Part shown: positions 1 to 8,200 of the stretch, in pieces
How the letters are laid out: each line of letters opens with the position of its first letter
How positions within the stretch are numbered: position 1 is the stretch's first letter
Notes under the pieces: model-generated
The model's input: only the letters and a program-made list of their open reading frames with translations
Database searches by the model: none
What the model was told of the DNA's origin: nothing
Position numbers and translations under genes: made by a program
DNA from: Amoebophrya sp. A120
Lineage: Eukaryota; Protista; Dinoflagellata
Direction of reading: 5' to 3'
Length of the DNA stretch: 64,000 bases
Assembly: GCA_905178155.1 (NCBI GenBank)
Contig: CAJINV010000003.1
Location: 5,795,985 to 5,859,984 of the forward strand

Positions 1-214
1 ATCTTTATCGCCTTTGCATGTTCACATCGCATGTTCGTTTTTTCGACTTCGCTATCGTTCTATGAATTAGTTTCGTTCTATTTCGTATTTTTTCGATTTC
101 GATATCGTTATCGCCCTCGTATCGGATTTCGGTTTTCTTTCTTCTATGTGATGGTTCTACATTTCGTGTCTTTCTTCTTTTCCCATGCACGTTGTTGTTG
201 TGTTTCCGTAGCAG

Positions 215-739
215 GTGAACCGGTACCCCTGTCCTCTTCGGAAATCTTTGACACTTCAACAAGCGAGCACTCCCAAATTTTGTTCTCATCCTGGTTGCTT
301 CAAAGAGCAACGAGACAAAGTTCGGTGAGACGGCAGGGGCAGCAGTGCATTCCTATAATCGGTTTCCCATCTCAACGTCTAACTGGTTTCTGTTTTCGTG
401 CGAAGGCGGGTGTTGGCGGTGCGCCGCAAAAATTTACAGAACAATGACGAGGGTGGCTACGATAGGATACTGCTCCCCACCGGAGCGCGGACGCGCGTCT
501 TCACTCGCAAGGAATTCCGAATTAATGGCACCTGCGTGAGCGCTGAATTTCAACCGGGTCCGCGAAACACTGAGGGGACAGAAACCGACAAAGTTGTCAC
601 AGCGGTGTCGCTGATGCGGCTCGCCGCGAGCGAGCCTGCAAAAGGAACAAACGGTGGCGGCAACCGCGGTGCCGCAGCGGCATCATCCTCGGAGACAGCG
701 ACTGCCGCCTCGAAGCGCCGAAGGTGGCAGAAGTCGTGA
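215..739 (+). CDS. 3' end of a hypothetical protein (gene probably begins before the window)
   Basis: Putative exons 215-324 and 406-739 joined by a GT-AG intron (325-405) give an open frame ...EQRDKVR|RVLAVRRKNLQNNDEGG...KRRRWQKS*. No recognisable domain. Confidence 0.45.
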
Positions 740-1325
740 CATAAAGGAGCAGTTCCGGAGCGCAAATAAAACTTCCGGAGGACGTGCAGAGAAATATGAT
801 GCCTCACTTTTGTTTTCTTCGGGTGTGGTAGACGTGCTTACGATGCAGCCTCTGGCTTAAAAAATGCCTACGAACCTCTGTTCAAGAGCCTGATAAATTT
901 TTAGCGTTGGCGGGCTTGGGTTCTACGCATGTTGAAGTTGATCGATGTTCTCGTATGACAATCTTCGGAGTGTTTCGGAAGGCCGGAAAGAGTGTGGCTC
1001 TGAGTACTTACTTTCTTTCGTCAGGATTTTTCTTTTGATGACTGTCGTGATTGTGAGCGATTAGTTGAGGCCTCAAATCGGACCGTGTTTTTGTGTGTCA
1101 GGCTCGATATGATTAAATTTTTCACTTGCCGTAATTTGAACTACGCCTTCTAATGCAGCAATTTAGCAATTTTTTTTGTTTAGTCCGCTCTACCTTGTGC
1201 TGCACTTGGTCTCGGATTAGAATTACCATTACTTACACATAGATTGTGAACATGTCGGTCACGCTTCGTTCTTGACGCGCTCCTGCTGCACAATACATAG
1301 AGTAGCACTTTCGAAGATTGGACCA

Positions 1326-3840
1326 ATGAAGTGCTCTGAGGCGGTGGGGTTGCAGGGCCTCTGCAGCTGGCCCAAAAAGACGTTCTGGCAAGTAGAAGCG
1401 GTGCCGATGGTGCCCCCATCGCCGGGTCCGCAGACGGTCTTCCCACGGTATCCGAGGTCGAAAGCCGCACGGCTGGCTCACCTTCGCAACCAATCCTTGT
1501 GGGACAGTGGCCGCCAGATTGTGGGCCTTGCGGGTGAAGAAAACCTTGTGGATGTTTCCGCCCCCGGGGCCCCTGCGACGTCGCGTGCAAATAAAGACGC
1601 GGGACGCGGACCGCAAGGCGAGCACGATCGCCGCTCCCCCGCGCGCCCGATTTTGGAGTTACTGAAGTTGCTGTACGGCAAGTATTTTGTCAAGAACCCA
1701 ACGGCCAACCTGGGAAATAAACTGGAGAAGCAGGATGCGGCAAGTGTCTCTTCCTTTGTGGACATCAAGGATTTGTACGAACTTCCGCGCGTGTCCCGGT
1801 TGACGATGAACCGAATCCCGATCGGGCTGGACGCCACGCAAATCGAGGAGCCGAACATCTACACCATCCAGGAGTGCGACCCGCGCGGGCGGATCCCCAC
1901 CGCGGTGCAGGGGAAGTGGTGCATCGCAGACATGGTGGACCAGACGGACGTGAACGGTCCGGAGGGCGATCCCAGCGTGAGCGCCTCCCTGATGATGCGA
2001 CTCAGCAACGATGTGGGCGAGCGGCGGTTCGCGGCCGCGGACAAGGAGTACCCGCTGAACAACATCTGCCTACCGAAGCTGCCCAGCGACTTCTGCCACT
2101 TCTCCAAGCACCGCGACTACCTCCCCGGCCAGTGGCGGCACGCCTTCGCGAAGATGCCCAAGCTGTGGTGGGATATCCCGCTGCCGTACCCGAAATTTTT
2201 CACGTCGCCGCAGGACGCGCCCAGCACCACGCCCTTTGGCCACGGCCAGATGCTGCACGACAAGGCCCGACTGCTGGCGGGGTCGGTGGACCCGATCTTC
2301 CCGATGCACAAGCGGACGGAGGAGAACTCCCTGGTGCGGCCGGTCGAGCACACGCTCCACGAGCTCAAGCTTGGGCTGCGGCACAAGGACGGCACCGACG
2401 ATGTGGAGTCCGTCGACATGCGGTACCACACCCGCGCACCCCACCTATTTATTGCGAACATGTCGGGGTCGGAAAGAGTGCAGCTGTTTGTCATGATGCA
2501 TCGTTTGAATCATGCAGTAGCAGTAGAGTAGGTCGAAGCACATGGTCTGGACTGCACGTAGGAGCGTTACCGGTATCGCGAATGCTTCTCCATGCCTGCT
2601 ATGTCGCATATGGAATTTCGCTCTTTTCATGGCGAAAAGTAAGCAAATCGCAGAGCTCATGCAAGAACACAATTTTTTTTTTTGTTGAACCTGACCACGC
2701 AGTAGAAATTCGTTTCTCTCGTCTCTTCCCTTACCGCGCCAGTATTTGCAACGCATAGCCCCTTCGGATCAACAAGATGCAGTCCAGAGTCGGCGGCGCG
2801 GGGTCGGACGCCGCGCCCCCCGACGCGCTGCTGAAGTTCTGGGTGGCCAACCCCGATAGCATGTACGTTTCGGATATCAAATGTAAAAATGTCTGGGTCT
2901 GGAAACTTGTGATGCTGGGTGGCGTCTCATGATGAGACCACAAATGCTGGCTCAGCATGACAATTTTCTGAGTTTCTAGGTGTTGCCTATTCTGCATGAC
3001 AAACTGCGTTTCTGCATCACAGAGAAATGGAGCTCTTGGGTAACGTGCATGACAGATTTAAGAGTCATGCCAGACAAGCATGACAAACATGCATTCTTCC
3101 AGACCCAGACATTTTTGCACTTGATATCGGACGGCATCGTGCGGAACTACGCCCTCAAGTTCGCGAAGACGTTGGACCACTCGAACATTTTGTCCAAGAT
3201 GCGCAGTCCCACGTACGCGCGGGTCGCCACGGGCGCCACGAAGGTGTGGACCCCGCCCAACCTGGTGTTGGACGAGGGGGAGGACTGCTGCGCGGACGGG
3301 TGCGCGGAGCACGTGGGGAAACCCTTCTGCGTGACCGAGGCGGAGATCCGGCGGTACTTCGACCAGGTGGACCACATTCCGCCCCCCGACCTGATCAACT
3401 GCGCAGCCAGCGACTCCCAGATCTGCGACAGTCTGCACGGGGACGCGCGGGACACCGACGACCACTGGGGCCTGGGCTGGCTGGACGCCATGCGGCGCTG
3501 GAACCAGCCGTTCGGCCCCATGCCCCCGCGCGAGCAGCTCCAGCAGGAGAAAATGTCCGTGCAGTTGCAAACGCCGGGCGACATAGACATCCAGGCGCTG
3601 AAGCGGAAGGAATTTTCCACGCTGCTGCGCCCGCCGAAGAAGCCGGAGCCGCCGCCCGACTACGTACCGCCCGACTACGACGCGACGGCAAACACCAGCA
3701 GTTACGCCGTTTTCTCGGTCACGGGGCAGCCCATTCCTTTCGACCAGCCCGCGGGCTATCGGGTCCAGCCAATGGCGGAGGACCTGACCTACAGCGTGCA
3801 GCGGAACCGGGACAATCACGGCTGGAAGTTTGAATTGTGA
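1326..3840 (+). CDS. Hypothetical protein of about 640 aa, 3 exons separated by two TIR-type non-canonical introns
   Basis: GC3-rich exons ~1326-2445, 2763-2874 and 3132-3840. Removing the two elements gives ...YHTRAPHLRINKMQSR...NPDSMYVSDGIVRNYALK... in one frame. Start codon uncertain (1326 or 1407). Confidence 0.75.
2446..2757. mobile_element. Degenerate family-A introner (non-canonical intron)
   Basis: Left end TATTTATTGCGAACATGTCGGGGTCGGAA resembles the family-A TIR. Right end ...TATTTGCAACGCATA. Flanks CCACC/GCCCC (decayed 5-bp repeat). Element+5 removal restores the frame. Confidence 0.65.
2875..3126. mobile_element. Family-A introner, 252 bp, 30-bp TIR, TSD TCGGA
   Basis: Left TATCAAATGTAAAAATGTCTGGGTCTGGAA; right TTCCAGACCCAGACATTTTTGCACTTGATA (28/30 complementary). 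TCGGA at 2870-2874 and 3127-3131. No GT-AG at any equivalent junction. Confidence 0.95.
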
Positions 3841-5275
3841 AGATGTTGACCAGTGCCGCTTCGCTGTTCGAAGATGGCATTCATGGGTGTGAGGACCTGT
3901 TCGACTTTTTGTTTTTGCTTCGGCCCGTTTGAACAGACCAAATGCGACCTTCGCAGGCATGAGCTGTGTGTTACTATTTCAAAATGTATGAAATACAGCC
4001 AAAGCTGATGAGGCAGCGGTACTTATTGGTATTTTCATGTTTTCGAGTCTTTTTTTTGGAGCGTTGGAAAGAGGCTAAATACTTAGTTAGTTACTCCTGG
4101 CAGGTTTGTTGTATTTGTCACTTTCTTGAATTTAGCGTGGGAGTACAATAGCTTTTTCCTGTTTTGAATGAACATCCTAGGAAAGGCGGGTCACCGGATG
4201 TTGCAGCAGACGTTGCACACCTAATCCTCGTCCCGTCGCTGGCTCTTTTTGACAGGTTCGCTGCTTTCCGTTTCTTTTAGCAGAACTAATGACTCTTCAT
4301 TTCAGAACAAACCAAAAATTGACGGCCTTCAGGCCTCGGCACAACGTATGAGGAAGAAGAAGCAACTTCGATCTATTTTGTCTTCAACGATGAAATTTAC
4401 CTTCCGGTCACGTCTTCTTTCCTGTGATTTCTGTTCTCAAATTTCAAGCTAGTGTGAGTGCGGTGGAGGAATAAGTAGAGCCTTGCCGCAAGGGCCAGCT
4501 GAAAGAAACATTGTGATGAGACAAATCAGTTGTTACACACTCGACGATGCGTGTTGCCGTCTTAGCACCATCTGGGACGGTGACCGCAGTTGACGTAAAC
4601 CTCTTAAGCGGATTTCTCTGATACTAACTATCTCATTTTAAGGTCGCGACGATGAGCAGTAGAAGATTTGCGGCAGAAGCAGATCGAGATCAGGATCAAT
4701 CTCTCTAGTGCCGGATCCAAAACTTTCTCAGTGTGAAAGAAGTGCGTGAAAATTAGCGGTATTTCGTACGTGCGAAAGCGCGGTTCTGGTATCTGTGAAA
4801 AGTCCGTTGCGGTCGGTGCGCGTGACCAAGATCTGCGAAGAACTGTGCGAAGATCGTGATCCGCGGCAGCAGCGAGCGATTTGCGTTTCCTATGAGGATT
4901 ATGCTCTCTCGAAGATCTTCATGCCGGTAGAAAACTCGGGGTTCAATGTTCCGCAGTTACAGTGAAGTTTTTAATCGTTTCGGACAGTGAGACTCGGATG
5001 CGTTAAAAGTTTTATTTTTGAGACCGTGACTATTTTTCGTTGGTTTGCAGTTGTAGCTTCAGGTTTTTGATACTTTTGCTGATTTTTATCTTTTTATAGA
5101 GGTGTCCGTGCACCTTTTTGACTCTCATATTCTTTTTTCTCAAGTCGTGGCGCTCGAGAAAAAAACTAGTGTATACGATCCCGACATTTCTTTCATACGG
5201 TAGAAAAATTGTCAAGAACAGTAAAGAAACTGATATTCCCCATTGAAGCTAAAGGCTTTGCGAACGCACTCAAGG

Positions 5276-8200
5276 ATGAGTCCTGCAAGGTGGACCACGA
5301 ACGAGAGGGCTTGTAGTGCGTGCCAGTGGAAGATGTTGAAGGGCCTAAAGCCACTCCTGTTCCTCTGGTGCCTTTGCGAACGCGTAGTGGGCGCATATCT
5401 GGCCGGTGAATCAGCTCAAGTCTGCAGAGGAAAAGACGGATGTGCAGATGGTGAAGAGAAATCTGGCCCAGGATTTGGAGGGGCCTACCCAACTGAAACG
5501 CTGTTGTGGAGTTTCCCAGTGTGGCAAACCGCGGACCCGGTGTATGCGAACGTAAAGTTACCAAGTTTGCTGACCCCCGTGCTGGACCACCCGATTTTTC
5601 AGAAGCTCCGGGAAGTCAAACAGCTCGGGTATGCCGACAAGGTCTTCCCCTCTGCCACGCACACACGGTTCGCGCACAGTCTTGGCGTGGCTCACTTGGC
5701 TCGCGCCGTGCTCGAACGCGTAGACCAACAACTGCAGCAACTTATCATCCTGAGAACAGTTTGTAGTACTACCTTATTATGTCTAGTAATTATATGTGCA
5801 CGTCGATACGCATACGACCTATACACAGTGCTTCGCCAGTCCCTTTTATTTGCTGTTGTTCGGTTCTTTCTGGCAACGCAATAATTGAATTTGAAAGCAA
5901 GACTTTGCCAGCAGTGCAACGTTTTCGCACACAGCTACTGCTTCCTTTGCGACGTATGCACATATCGACATCTTCAGAAGACTGTAGCTGTTCAAAATGA
6001 ATATCGAGCGGACGCGATGCATCAAGCAAAAGACCAACTGAATCTGCAACGTAATGAGAATGTCGTCCTGCATGCGCGAAGCGTCGACGTGTTGAGAATT
6101 ACTAGAAAGAAGTCCTCTACGCAGGGAAATAAAGAACGTGCTTGCAATTGTCATTGTTGTTGGACACGTACTATGAATTTTTCTCTTGGATACAGGCCGA
6201 CTCGGTCGCCCGTGGTCCAGTACACCGCGAGTTTGTGGCGAAGCATATCCCGGTTGAAAAGCTTCTTCTTGCCGTACAAATACAATAGCCGCACCCTGCA
6301 TGATAATGATTACATTTGGACACATCACAAATTCTGAGCTACCCGCAGGCCGTGGCCGCTGTATGTTTGCTGTGGGCTTACAACAAGAGGCTTATTTTCA
6401 CCCGGGATACACGACGTGTATTCGGACAAAGATCGGATCTGCGTTCTAATCGCAGCACTTTGCCACGACATCGGCCATAACCTGTGTAAACGCGTCCCTA
6501 TCCCCAGGGTTGTCATGCAAATCTGCAAGCCGAAAAGGAAAATGTTTCTCATGCGCAGCTCCAAGAGGACGATTTTGATTTTCTAATTCGATCCGGGAGT
6601 TTGTCTTGCTGGAATAAGGTGGATAAGGTAGTTGATTTGTGATGCGGTACTAGCTAAATGTCCAACTCGTCATGCGCAACAGCCACAACTTTAACTTGTT
6701 GGTTTGTGTAGCAGAGTCCCCATCTTGACTCCGGGGTGGGGACGTTTTTTCACAGGATAGGCCACCCGGCGTTTTCCCACGCATTTGAGGAGTTCATGCA
6801 CGAAAACGGAAAGGAGTTCTCTACTGAAATGAAAAATCTCTGCCCCCCGCCATATTGAAAAGGTATCTTCGTGAAAATTTGTGATGTAGGTTTGCGGCCA
6901 CAAATGTCTGTCTTGCAAGAAGGCAAATCCAGATTGTCCCCCGGGTTATGCCGTCGATATGTAATGCAACTGATTTGCGGGACCTCCATCTGATTTGTGC
7001 ACATAAAAATAAAATGCGGGACTTCAAAAAGAATAAGTGGTGGGGGGGGGGTTTGCACTTTGATACTCTCGCACGAGGTCGCGTCGAACAAGCTTCTGAC
7101 CGTGCTCTGGCAGGACGTTCGCGGCGAGTTGGAGTCTCTATACAATCAGTTCCGACGGAAAATCAAAATTATGAACTGTAGTCGTGGTCGTGGAACTTTT
7201 CAAAATGAGACAGGCTTGTTGTGCGAACTACAACATCAGATGCATCAACAATGCCAAAGGTGCTACTGTGGCAGTGCTGCAGTGCCTCTTTACCATGGAT
7301 GCTGGGTTTTGTCATTTATCCCTAATATTTCTACTTCGCAATTACAACAGAGAGCCAGCTCTCCTTTGTCATTTCCCCATGTCACGCTGGCATATAATAC
7401 GGCGCAAGGTTTCCGGCAATGCAGTTCACCGAATTGGATCTCGTGTACATCCAGGTAGGATAGGGTATTTTTGCATTTTACGCATCTACTCAAACTCTGC
7501 TGCCAATTTGTGGGAGTTCGTGTATTTCGCTGACATCAAAAGTGCAATTTATAGATCCAGCGTGAATTGCTGGACTAGAAGTTTCTTTGTCTGTCAGTAG
7601 CTCCTATGTTACCTTTCGCATTTTTATGTACCACGCTCTTGCTTTGACAGGAACTGATCGAACTTCCGGGGAAGAAAAAGTTACGGGCGAGTCTGCTCGA
7701 GGGGAGAATCTGGGAGGACTGGCCGCGGTACGTGAGGGGGCGAGCCATTACCCACGCCTGGACCTACGAGATTGTGTCAAACTGGCGCGGCGGGTTGGAC
7801 GTGGATCGTCTGGACTACTTCGTCCGCGATCCGAAGTCTCTCGGGCTCGAGGGCTGCCCTGTAGAGTACCAGCGCTACGTGGACTCGCTGCGCCTGGTCG
7901 CGCTTCCAGCAGCGGGGCAGCTGCCTGGCTGGGGATGCCCCTCCTCCTCAGCCTCCTCGTCGTGTTCCGCGTCGGAAGAACAGGAGGCATATGCGCCGGA
8001 TCTTGCTGCACCAGCCACCCAGCCACGAGAACAACAACAACAAGAAGACGAAACGGCGCTGGAGCTGCCGTCGTGGTTGCCCGACCTCCCAGGCTCCGGA
8101 GAAGAGTCCGCTCTCTTCGAAGAGACGCAAGAACAGCACGCGCGGCTGTTTCAAGAGGACTCCCAATCCACGCAGTTTATTCTATCGCTCGCGACACCCG

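Noticed and set aside
205-213. TCCGTAGC resembling the start of the dinoflagellate spliced leader
   Set aside because: Only 8 nt match and the CATTTTGGCTCAAG part is absent. It is better explained as part of an intron 3' end.
4513-4621. Possible C/D-box snoRNA (GTGATGA ... CTGA)
   Set aside because: There is no convincing terminal stem or recognisable rRNA-complementary guide, and the boxes are short enough to arise by chance.
5743-6195. First SAMHD1 intron as another TAT...ATA introner
   Set aside because: Weak inverted similarity exists (ATCCTGAGAACAGTTTGTAGTAC vs GTACTATGAATTTTTCTCTTGGAT), but there is no clear TSD and an in-frame GT-AG reading is available, so it was not counted.
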